A stretch of DNA of 57,899 bases, the filler included, from Sphacelaria rigidula (Eukaryota), in the NCBI GenBank assembly GCA_964200075.2. It is 4 parts of 4 records of this genome, joined end to end, with 100 filler letters (N's around TTAATTAATTAA, not from the genome) between each part and the next. Parts side by side here need not be neighbours in the genome. Positions count along the whole stretch, not along the records: positions 14,502 to 28,902 come from CAXNAA020002269.1; 3 more parts are not named here. One strand, given 5' to 3'. This document shows, in pieces, positions 14,402 to 24,999 of this stretch; the first letter of the stretch is position 1; the number at the start of each line of letters is the position of its first letter. A program made the position numbers and the translations under genes. The notes beneath the pieces are model-generated. The model was not told where the DNA came from and did not search any database. It was given only the letters and a program-made list of their open reading frames with translations.

Positions 14402-14501
14402 NNNNNNNNNNNNNNNNNNNNNNNNNNNNNNNNNNNNNNNNNNNNTTAATTAATTAANNNNNNNNNNNNNNNNNNNNNNNNNNNNNNNNNNNNNNNNNNN
14501 N
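14402..14501. other. Artificial contig-joining spacer (N44-TTAATTAATTAA-N44)
   Basis: Exactly 100 bp; TTAATTAATTAA gives stops in all six frames; identical to the other two spacers. Confidence 0.98.
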
Positions 14502-15051
14502 AAAGTCCGACACCCAAGTGGTCGCCCCCATTGTGGAAAAAGCGCGTGGGCGGTGTGGGGCGGGGGGGGGGGGGAGTACATAGGTGTGCGGGATTTGACT
14601 TTTCGTGCACCCTTGACCAAACTTCCGAAAAAATTTTACGTCCCGCTGCTGAGACTAATAAGAAGGTCCCACCACCTTTCATCATGACCGATTCTGCGTC
14701 GTTTTTTTTCTTTCGCCAGCCCGCCATATCCGAACCCGGAACCCAAGCGTTACTGATGTTTGAAACGAAGCGAGACATGAATGTGTCCGTAATGGGTGCG
14801 TATACGGTAACGAAACAAATAAGGAGACCGACCGCCTATCGAAGTCCACTCAACACGAGTAATGACAGAAACAATAGGAGCAGCTCACTCTGGTCTTCCG
14901 CCGTCCGTTAGTGCCGTGGACGGGAGTAATTTGATTCACAATGTATGCGTGCACGGTATACAGATCAGCTCAAGGGTACACACCTTGTTTCGGTGTATAC
15001 TTCACGCTACAGCAGAAAAACAGTGCTGACGCATGGCAGAAGGGCACTCAC

Positions 15052-16076
15052 CGCCTGGAACGCCTTCATCACTTTCGTGCAGATCTGCGCCGCTGTCAGT
15101 GACTTGTCCTTCAGTTGTTCGGGCTGTACAAGAGACCTATACCACATGAGCTCATCTACAAGCACATGCTCAACAATAGTCGAGGTCGCTTTGTTCATCC
15201 CTGTGCAACAGAAATATATATGTATATGTTCGGACGGGGATACATGTCGGGATGTCGAGGTCAGTGGGAGGAAGTCCTCTCAACATGAGCCGACGGTGAT
15301 TTAGCGTGTTACCGTGACCTGCACGTGGTCATAGGCTAGCTCTTGACTTCATTTCACCTTCATCTAACGGAGAAATATACTGGACGCGATTTGTGACAAA
15401 TACACTACATGTGAGGAAGGTCTACATATCATAGTGGACGAAAAAAAAACGATGCGGTTTTCCATACATTCTCAACAACGGATCCATGCAAAGCTGAAAT
15501 GGCACGTTCAAAACACTGAACAGGGCGCGAGTGTCGCAGCACTACGATGCAGTAACGACGCAGGTACTGACGCGTGCAACACTTCTCACCTCCGACCGAC
15601 CCGCTGCCGCCGCTTGAATCTGAGATATCGCTGAACACTAGACTATCTAGATGGCACATTGTTTGGGGTAAAAAATTGATTTGCTCACCATCAGCAACCA
15701 TGCGCATGATCGTCTTATCCATGGGGGAATGCACGCGCACAAGGATGGATGACGTTGTGTCGTCCTCTTCGTCGTTAGCTTTCATAGCAGCGACCCTATG
15801 GTTGCCGTCGGTCACGATGATGCGGGTATCAGGTAGGAGATCACTCAGTTGTGCCTGCTCAATGGAGTCCGTCAAACAGACTAGAGGCGCAAAAGATTCC
15901 AAAACTCCGTGTTCACGTATCGCCTTTTGAAGTTCTCGTACACCAGACTGTCGTTGAGGTCGACCCAATGACGTAAGCTCAAGGTGTGCGACAGACACCG
16001 TACGGGTTCCGAGGAAACATTGGCTCAATAGCTTCTGCATCCCTGTGGCGGCGGGCGATTATGCTGGAGCTGACAT
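15052..16076 (-). CDS. Spliced ParB/Sulfiredoxin-fold (ParBc-like) protein; exons 16076(or 16040)-15689 and 15200-15052; further 3' exons probably toward the contig end
   Basis: R...GVRELQKAIREHGVL...PLV...IIVTDGNHRVAAMK matches the ParB N-terminal box I/II pattern. Donor G|GTGAGC (phase 1) matches acceptor CAG|GG ATG AAC; exon 2 ends GCG|GTGAGT. An upstream in-frame ATG at 16076 is followed by a TAA at 16061-16059, so this copy may be damaged or start at 16040. Confidence 0.75.
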
Positions 16077-16334
16077 GGTCGAGTAGTAATGTGAAAGGTG
16101 GCGAGATTACCCACAGCAGCGTGGGCGACAGTTAGCGCCTACATAATATTGTTTTCAAACTGCGTTCGGGTCATCAACGCCATCACCAGTAGCCGCGATC
16201 ATCACATATCCGTTGTTCAAGCAGCACCTTGCTGGTCCTGGTTCATGTCAACGCTACTCTCTTGGCCTCTTCGTTCTGTAACATGTGGGCCAGGCCGTCA
16301 CGACCCATCGGTTTTACGGTAACATTGCAGTGCA

Positions 16335-16627
16335 CACGGGTGGCCGCTGGGGTCTGAATCCTGGCCATTTTGAGACCTTATCCACATTTGGTAAGGTCCG
16401 CGGGTTAGGTGGACAACTAAAGAGCATTCGCACAGTATGGACAGATTCGAAACAAAGCATGTTCTAGTCTACAGGGGAGTCACTTGCCTATAGACTGGAA
16501 CATGTTTTGTTTCGAACCTGTCCATGCTGTGCGAATGCTCTTCAGTTGTCCACCCAACCCGCGGGCCTTACCAAATGTGGATAAGGTCCCAAAATGGCCA
16601 GGTTACAGATCCCAGCGGCCACCCGCG
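16335..16627. mobile_element. Foldback MITE with CACGGGTGGCC termini and 2-bp TSD (CA)
   Basis: Near-palindrome with ~140-bp arms centred at ~16480. Ends are cacgggtggccgctggg...cccagcggccacccgcg, flanked by CA on both sides. Confidence 0.85.
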
Positions 16628-16744
16628 CAGAGTTTCTTTCAACGGGTGGATGGGATAAGGAACATGTCTTCTTTCGACACAGCGGCATATCTGCTAGAAG
16701 GTCACGGACGGAATGTAGCCACCGTTTTGTGTCAACCTTTAGAC

Positions 16745-17035
16745 GGCGATGGAGAGTCCATCTCTTGAATCAGCATCATTTCCACCTGAAAAAATTATGT
16801 GACCCAGATGGACTGCCCGCATCGTTGTCTAAGGGTTAAAATATGGGATGGTACGATAGTGGAACCGGTCTTCCGGTTTTTTCCACATGTGTATACCCGA
16901 TAAAAACCGCTCCGTCTTTGACATCAGATGCCAGCACGATATTTTAAGCCATAGACAGCGGCGCGGGTATTCCATCTGGATCATATGCTTTCAAGTCAGA
17001 TGGATGCCGATTCAGCAGGTGGACTCTCCATCGCC
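16745..17035. repeat. Older, diverged palindromic (foldback/MITE-like) element
   Basis: ggcgatggagagtccatctcttgaatcagcatc pairs with gatgccgattcagcaggtggactctccatcgcc. Inner arms cagatggactgcccgc...ttaaaatat and atattttaag...gcgggtattccatctg also pair. Confidence 0.7.
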
Positions 17036-17819
17036 CCCACGGCCTAATAATCTGGTATATTGAGAACTATAGATGCGGGACACATCCGCAGACGGTCTGT
17101 CTGCCGTTAATCATGAATTCATAGTACAGGCCTGTATATATTTGAAGAGGCCAGAATTCGTTGACGGAATAACGGCAACGGTCACGCATCGGAAATGATT
17201 CTTGACTATCGCACCGAACCGAAACATCACCGTTAGATTTCAGAAAAGTATCGGTGTAATCTGAACGCTGTGAATCCAATTCGTGACCGACAAAAGTTTT
17301 TCACCGCCTAGGTAATTTATTCTATTCTTCGGCGGAACATACGATAGTATCGTGCTGGGCATAACAATATATGAATAACAAGCATTTGGTGTGATACTGT
17401 CGTCATTATCCGATCGATTGATTACGTGACGTAATGAAATATGCAATACGCATATCGTTTCGAATACGGCGACGCATCAACTCACTAGATATCCTATTCT
17501 CACGCCATGTCATCCCCCGGAACGAAATCCGCGTCCTCCCGCCTCACTCTGTCAGTTCATTTTACTGTTCTACCTCGGAGCTATCGGGAACAGCCAACCG
17601 ACATATGCACACCGTCGCTACGCTGCCAAAGCGAGTCCTTCAGCGGATGATGAACATTGTGAGTACAATCAACCCACCATGCATGGCATACAACGTGTGA
17701 TGAGATCTTGTCGCCTGAAAATATCACATGAAGAGTGGATGACATGGAGTCTGTCCGATGATATCTCAACTTCCCCGATCGGCGTCTGAATGTAATGCAT
17801 GAGAGGATATCATACGGTT

Positions 17820-17965
17820 GTAGTGATGGATTAGTGGCAGGGTTAGGGTGAGGGGCGTGGTATTTGCAGGGACCGGCCCGATCGTTTATCCAAAACGTCG
17901 ATCCTGAGGTGTTTTGAACTACGACGCGATCCACTTGGTCCGCGGTCCCCTAACAGATTGCACTA
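17820..17965 (+). repeat. Partial copy of the TTAGGG-core MITE family
   Basis: gggttagggtgaggggcgtggtatttgcagg...aaaacgtcgatcctgaggtgttttgaactacgacgcg aligns with 7400-7520. Confidence 0.7.
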
Positions 17966-18529
17966 CTGGTCCTGTACGATGCACCACAGGGTTGACAAAT
18001 GTTCGCCGCTTTCTATGCCTCGAGGGCACGCAGCCGGACTCTAACTATCGGAGCGGAAGTACAATCAATTGATCCGCCATCGTCGGGTTCAACAACGCCT
18101 GCAGGTGGAGCGAATGATGCAAGAGCGCCGCCGAAGAGCACTGCACAAGTGGTGGGTACTTTGCCAAAACCCACCCGTAGACAGCAGTGCGGGTGGTCCA
18201 TGTGGATTTTGATGCTAAGAAACCAGCTGTACTTTAATAGTATATGAAGCTTGTATGCGGAGCAACATGAGGTGGTCGGGGTGTTGCTTGCAGTACAAGC
18301 CGAATCGAAAATGCTATTATGATGGGCACGACACGTGCACCGGTATCCATACTGAAGAGACAGCCGTGGGGTCGGTTTTCACTGCCGGACCATGTACTTG
18401 CCTGTGCTTGGTGAGGGCCCTTCTTAACCCTTGGACCGCGAGGTAAGGCTTTCTGGATCATGCATACTTTTTTTCACTTGAAATTTATGCTGATTCAACA
18501 CAAGACTAACCTCGCGGTCTATGGGTTAA

Positions 18530-19138
18530 CGAAGGGGATTATCCCCTTTTTCACAATCCCCTTTTGACAGGGAGTTGGCCCCACAACGACCAGCCCCGAG
18601 ACCTATCGGCAAGCAGTTTTGTACAGGTTGGAACCCAGATCTGCACGCAGATNNNNNNNNNNAGATTTACAAACGCAGCGGGTCAGGAAGTGGTCGTTAG
18701 TCCAAGCAGGTCCAAGGTCTGTGTAACGCGAAGCACACGCTTACAATCATCATTTCTCAATGAATTCTGAACAGATTCGAGCAAGGTCACGCACAACCTG
18801 CACAGCTGATGATCAGGTACGGCTCGAGCTGTGTGTTTCTGGTTTGCGGGGCCATCAAGTTCCTCAGGTTCCGCTCTGATTGTGTTGGATTGTGTGGTAA
18901 GCCTTTGCATGTGCCCCTGTCAACCGGACACGTATGTTCCTCTTCGAGGTGCTGGAAATCTCCTTTTGACAAGGGGATTGCAGGAAGTGTTTTTGCACTT
19001 GGTGAAATCCCCTTTGGGGAGGGGATTTCCGTGCACATTGAGAGAATTTTGTTTTTTTTGGGGGGGGTGATATCGCAGCGACCAATCGCCGGTCGTTTTT
19101 TAAAAAGGGGATTTTGAAAAAGGGGATTATCCCCTTCG
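18530..19138. mobile_element. MITE with ~38-bp TIRs flanked by TTAA
   Basis: TTAA|cgaaggggattatcccctttttcacaatccccttt ... aaaggggattttgaaaaaggggattatccccttcg|TTAA. Contains a true 10-N gap at 18653-18662. Confidence 0.85.
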
Positions 19139-19339
19139 TTAAGAAGTACCCTGACGACCTAGAGCGGAGGGCGTGTGATACCATAGCACAACTGGTCCGC
19201 TCTCAAATGTGTTTTGCGGGATGATGCTGTTCGAGTGGTTAGGCCGGGTCTTATCAGAATCGATCATAACGTTTCGGAGCAAAACACCTTTGAATAAGGA
19301 TGGCTTCAACAACGCCAGGCTTTGAGTATTATCAACAGT

Positions 19340-19720
19340 CCGTTCTGGCCATATCGAAGCCCAGATCTGCACACAGGCTCAGAAATGCGGCGGGTGTGGA
19401 AGTGGCCGTTAGACCAAACTCTTTGTACCGCTTCAGACTAGACGCAACAAGGCAACACAACGTCTGCAAATCGAGTCCCTCGCACACACACAACCCACGC
19501 GGAGTAGCTCCAGCGGTAGCTCTTCATCATGTACACATAAACAGTAATTGTTTTATGGAAGTCCGTTAGGTATTGGATGAGACACAGGCATGTGCGTGTC
19601 AAATGACAACCGAGAGCATCCACGGATATATCTGAGTGTTTTTGGTTGCGGGGGCGACGCGATCCTCAGGTTCGAATTAGATTGTGTTGAGTTGTCTGTC
19701 AAGCCGTTGGTGATTCTCGT
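19340..19720 (+). repeat. Diverged second copy of the internal sequence of the TTAA-flanked MITE
   Basis: cccagatctgcac...ggaagtggccgttag and tgcgggg...cctcaggttc...gattgtgttg blocks match 18634-18700 and 18830-18905. Confidence 0.65.
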
Positions 19721-20030
19721 GTTAACGGGATATGGTTGACCGGATGGCTACTTCATTCTTTTTTAAGGGGCAGGTGGACGGTGAACCTCAGCGTTCACGG
19801 GGCTGAACGCGCGCGCACTTGAAGCCCCCTCTTGTTATGTTTTTCCGTGCCTGTGTTGCAACCATTCCATGAGTGGTCACGTGCTGCCTGGCTCGCACAT
19901 GAGTCTACCGTGCACTTCATTCTGTGCGTCCTGCCCTCCTGCCATAAATTTGATCGGAAGCACGCACGTATCGCGATCGATCCCAAGGATGGCACACCAT
20001 TTGCTGCAGTATTATTGCACCAAAACAAAA

Positions 20031-20066
20031 ACAGTACAGTACAGTACAGTACAGTACAATACAATA
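20031..20066 (+). repeat. (ACAGT)n/(ACAAT)n pentanucleotide microsatellite
   Basis: acagtacagtacagtacagtacagtacaatacaatac. Confidence 0.9.
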
Positions 20067-20086
20067 CCGTAATATCAATGTTATAA

Positions 20087-23000
20087 TGTATATGGTAGCC
20101 AAGACACGTGCAAAGGCTACTCCGGACGAGTTGCTGTGCATAGCGACCGACGGGAGCGACCAGTCAAGCTATGCCACACCGTACTTCAGGCAGGAGACCA
20201 AAGACACAAGCAAAGGGTGGAAAGCAACACGCTGTAGTAAACAAATATTCCGAAAAGGCATGGTGTACAACCACTCAGTCGCCGCTCGATATAATAGCAA
20301 AGGTACAAGTTTGCAGCCAATAAGGAGGCGGTACGTACAAATGGCGACACTCTGTCCCCGTATGGCGCCCCGTCGCTTCGATACCCTCCGACAACTACAT
20401 CAGTATTTATGCGGGAGTCCTGTGTAGAAGCGAGGATGATCGCGCATCTGTGTTGTGGTAGCTTTGACTCGGTTTCAATCGAAAGACATTGTTGTAACGA
20501 TGTAGCGATATAGGCTAAGTAGGGATGTTTTTTGGGGGGGCCCGCCAGTGTTGCATAATGTAACCCAATCTAATACATCACCTCCTGCGCCTGCAACGTC
20601 ACAGATGAGATTGAAACTCATAGGCGCTCTCGTGAGTGGAAGGATGTGCATGTTCTACACGCTGGGTTCGAATTGGGAATCAGGTGAGTTCGATCTGGAT
20701 CCGGACAGACGCGCAAGTCTTCGCACTCCCCTGTACCGTGCATGACAGGTAGATAAAAGAACGTCAGTATACTCCCCCTACGTGAAAAAGGGGGGGGGAT
20801 GCTTCGGGGAGGGCGGGGGCACTGAGGAGAAGGTGGCGTGACATTCTGCCCATATATCGACCAGACTGTGCATCGACCATTATGTGGTCGCTGCTCCCGT
20901 CCCGTGACGCCACGGACCAGGACACTTCGACCAAACATCAGCGGCAACGCCTTGCGTTTACGGAGGGCACTTTGACTGGCATTTCGTCTGTGCTTCCGCG
21001 CGAAATCAGGGTCGAACCTCTCCATCCAAGTCCTCCACGCCACACTAACGGAGGTAACGGACAGTCTCAAAGAAGGCAAAACACTCCCTCGAGCTCTGCA
21101 CTTGCAGATGGATAACTGTTCAAGGCGAATGCATGACACGTGTGAGGTGGGGGTAAGAGAGACCGGGGGTTGGTACGTGCTCATACCGATACCCCGATCG
21201 CATTAATCCCTCTCGCCCCGCGCCCTATGGACCTTTCATTTGCCGAACAGGGAGAACAATGACCGGATCTTCCTCGCATTTTTGCACATGCTGGTGTACC
21301 ATGGTATCTTTGATTTCATCGAGCTGCACTTCGGACTGAAGGGTCACACCCACGACGGTGAGACCGCGCGGTGTAAAAGGCAATGAGGCGAAGTTCCCCC
21401 ATTCCGTGGGTACCAGTCGCTGCCTGAGTTGTCGAATTGGTAGAGTAGCAGCACACAGTGTTTTTTGTGGCCTATACTGTCGTGCTTTCTTCTACGTGTA
21501 CTCCTACCCCACGCCCTCGACCTCCCCCCGTACCCAGTCCTGCGCTGCGCCAAAATAACGTACATCCCCGCAACTACGTATGCTGTGATGGGCGCTGGCT
21601 GGTGGACCACATGCGCGCGTCGGTGCTGGCGCCTTTGACCTCTTCAGAGATAGACCAGTTCTTCTCCAGGTACGGGGCCTCGTCTCCATGCTGTCCTGAG
21701 TTTTCGCCCAAAACACGGGATATTACAAATGGAGTAGGGAGTTTTATCGGGTATTGGCGCCGGGAAAAATAAAGAGATAGATAACGTCTTCACCACGCAG
21801 GGGGACTCGTCTCCATATTGTAGCGAGTTTTCACCCAAAATACGGAATTTTACACATGGGGTATGGATATTTCATTGGGTATCTGCGCTTAAAATATTCG
21901 TAGCCACGCCGAATATTCGAAATATTTTCCCATTTGTTCACCTACTGATCTTTATTGACAACTACAATACGCCATACAAGTTTGGATTTCGAAAACCGAA
22001 ACGTTGGGGTCCCAGATGAAAAACCCATTTCAGCGTCCATTCGGATCGGCGAAAGACCCCGGAATTGGTTTTTCACCTCTGGGACCCCAACGTTTCGGTT
22101 TTCGAAACCCGATTTTGCATGGCGTGTAGTTGTTGTCAATAACGATCCGTAGGTGAAGAAATGGGACCATATTTCGAACATTCGGCGTGGTTACGAATAT
22201 TTTAAGCGCAGATACCCAATGAAAAATCCGTACCCAGTTTGTACAATCCCATGTTCCAAGCGGAAGAGGCTTGCGTCACCTTGTGCCTAGAGAATATCAT
22301 AGCACGGCACCTTCGAACAATTCCCAAGGTAACCTAGAGGATAATGTGTTGGGAAGACATTTTCATACGTGCAGTTCCCTGCAGAGATCGACATTGCACA
22401 ACAGGCGGCGGCACCTTCGAGTCCCCGGATTATTATATTTGTTTCTGACGGATAGGGTGGGAGTGGGCCTCAAGAGAACGGACGCCGCAACTCGGACCCT
22501 TCTCGGTCAACGTGTCTTCGAGTTCTACAGGGCGGGAAACCCCTACTTCCACGTCGGCCTGACGCACTTGAACAACTGTACGATTATTCGGGACCTTCTC
22601 GTCGGCTGCATGTATTCGATTCCCTCTGTCACGAAGCCGCAGGCGTTCAAGGTGTCTAGAGATCCTACGGACGGCTTAGTCAAGATGAAAGTGCAGGAAA
22701 GAAGCTACAGGGACGATTGGGGCGTGATCAACAGGTGCGTCGTGTAGGATAGCATCCGAGGATGAAATATATATATACGTTCGCAGCTTCTTCAGGTGTT
22801 CTTTCACAACTGGTCGTGGTTGCTCTTTGAGGATCGAAAGACAGGGTCCGATGAGAAAGGGTTGAGCATGGAGCATAATATATATGAATAGTGCAAACCG
22901 TGGCCGTCCGCTCGTTTGTGATGCTTCGAAAAAAAGAAACGGCGAGTACGGCGAGGGGTACATGAGCATCATGAAGAGCTGGCCTGACCTGCGGGATAAA

Positions 23001-24395
23001 CCTGATCACCCACGGAAAGTGGTGGACGACCACACCCTGAACCAGCACCGCTTGTGCATCGAGGCTTCGGAGCGACGGGTCGAGACTCACTGCCACAGCG
23101 TCGGTGAGTGTCTGAGCATCCCAACTATGGTGGTGCCTGTACGGCCGCTGAAAATTGCACGGGTGATCTTGGTGAAGCATCACCCAAGCACCCGCCCACC
23201 GAGAAGTCTTAGTCATGACCTGGCCCAGTTGGTCAGTGCCATGCGTCACGGTAGTGCGAAAAAGGATAACATTGTCCACGGGTGGCCACTGTGGTGCCTG
23301 AAACCTCAAATTTGGACATTACAGACGTTGCACAAGGTCTGTAACGTCCAAATTTGAGGTTGCAGACACCCCAGTGGCCATCCGTGTCGTATTTGCTATA
23401 GACACGGGTAGGCACCGATTTTTACCCTCGCTGGAACAGGGACCCTTGTACGTACGGCGGACCATTTTGCACGGGCCACCCACGTCGAGGTATGGATAGT
23501 CGCGCTCCGTGTGTCACGTTTTCGTACACGAACTACCGTGATTCACCCGGACGGTGGTTTTTCTCGATAGGACAGTGTTTTCCCATCTCATCATTAATGG
23601 AGGCTGTACGCACCATACTATACGCCAATATACCGTCTAATAACACAGGTGAGCTGCCGGAGAGATTGTCGGCGAACCAATATCCCAGGGCGTTGATGTC
23701 GGAACTGGCGTCAAGCGTTATCGACGTTGGGAAGTCGACGCCTGTTTCTTTCGACTGGAATCTGCCCCTGTATAGTAGGCCCGAGTCAAACGACAACACA
23801 GATGATGATGGCGGGGCTTCGAACTCAGGTACACGCGATAGCACGGGTGATGCGGCTCGGACTCTTGGAGTGAGGAGCGATCCGTCTTCTACGGTGGGGG
23901 ACAGAGTTGCCGGGAGTGCAGTAGCGACTGGAGCTTCCCCTGTCCCACAAGGAGGGGGGGGGGAGGAGGCGCGGCCTGAGTAGAACGCCGGGGCCGCTAT
24001 TCAGGGTGGAGGTTGGAGAGTTTGTTGCTTTTTCGCAGCCGAAGAGCTCGCCGTTGTCGGTCTGTGTCGGGAAAATATTGTTCATGAAGAAGGGGGCAGA
24101 TGGGGACGAGGTGGAACTTCAGTGGTACATGCCAAAGAAGGTAGATGCCAACGCACCGCGGTCAAGATATGGGAGAGGAGGGTGGACCCCCGAGTATCGC
24201 ATGGTGGACGGGAAAAGGGTACGCTCGATCTCCTTCGAGCACGTTGCAGCAATAAGCTGGCAATTCGCCAAGCTTCCCACATCCCCGAAACTTCCGCATC
24301 ATGTGTGGTCTGCTATTGCAGAAACTACACAAGCACAAAACGCTATAGAGGACGTGGGGGATGAAGATATGGATGTCGGAGATGAAGACGAGTGA
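20087..24395 (+). CDS. Multi-exon RNase-H-fold DDD transposase-like protein (DUF7869/Sola-like); exons ~20087-20223, 20605-20683, 21010-21124, 21251-21357, 21648-21669, 22456-22734, 22937-23103, ~23649-24395 (frameshift at the poly-G ~23953-23963); 5' end unresolved
   Basis: Spliced translation: LLCIATDGSDQSSYATP...MRLKLIGALVSG...GSNLSIQVLHATL...LPRALHLQMDNCSRENNDRIFLAFLHMLVYHGIFDFIELHFGLKGHTHDEIDQFFSRV. Splice phases are consistent through these exons. Probably a damaged copy (frameshift, weak GC donors, no acceptor before 20087). Confidence 0.8.
21845..22250. repeat. ~400-bp foldback palindrome in a transposase intron
   Basis: Arms such as cattgggtatctgcgcttaaaatattcgtagccacgccgaat / attcggcgtggttacgaatattttaagcgcagatacccaatg and tttcgaaaaccgaaacgttggggtcccaga / tctgggaccccaacgtttcggttttcgaaa; centre ~22050. 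Confidence 0.9.
23277..23386. mobile_element. 110-bp MITE with CACGGGTGGCC termini and 2-bp TSD (TC)
   Basis: tc|cacgggtggccact...ccagtggccatccgtg|tc; palindromic; same family as 29136-29245. Confidence 0.88.
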
Positions 24396-24999
24396 TAGGC
24401 AGAGAATTCACCGACACCCGGCGTTCGGGGCTTGTCATGTGTAGCCATTCCCGTCGCACCACCGATTTTGTCCGGCTGTGTACTGGCTTCAGTTCGCGCG
24501 CACGATAGTCGTCTTGTTATCGGAAATTACGTGCAGCTATATAGCTGTCGATATGGTCTTGTTCGCGGTTGGTTACAGCTTCTGCGTATATCAAGTTGTG
24601 CAGCGTTTTCGGGAATACAGGCGGTTCGGCCGCAGGCGCAATAATTACAATCCTCGCAACACAATATCTCTCAAAGGAGGGATTATTTTCATGGCTTGGC
24701 CCAAAATGTCGTTAACAACTACCTGCTGATGACGAAATACTCTTTTGCTTCGCAAAAGCGAACAAACCTGGAATTCGCTCACGACAAGGCGGTTTCTTTG
24801 TAAGACATGAGTGGAATATGTATCGCGGGCTGAGAGTTTGTCCCTCGTGATATACAGTGTTGACTTGATACTCGAAACAGTTGCGATACTTCATCTGCAC
24901 TTGTCAAAACATTATTCGAAATTTGTCCTGTTACTGTTAGCTGAGTTTGCAGTCAAAAACGGATGAATAAACACTATCCTTTAGAATGTCTCGGTTTTT

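Noticed and set aside
14446-14457. TTAATTAATTAA as a biological motif
   Set aside because: Sits at the centre of identical N-padded spacers; it is an assembly or pipeline linker.
18000-18442. Possible 5' exons of the transposase (Cys-rich, ends at AG|GTAAGG) and 19870-19910 (AAWLAHE)
   Set aside because: Plausible, but cannot be phase-linked across the intervening MITE insertions; left out of the gene model.
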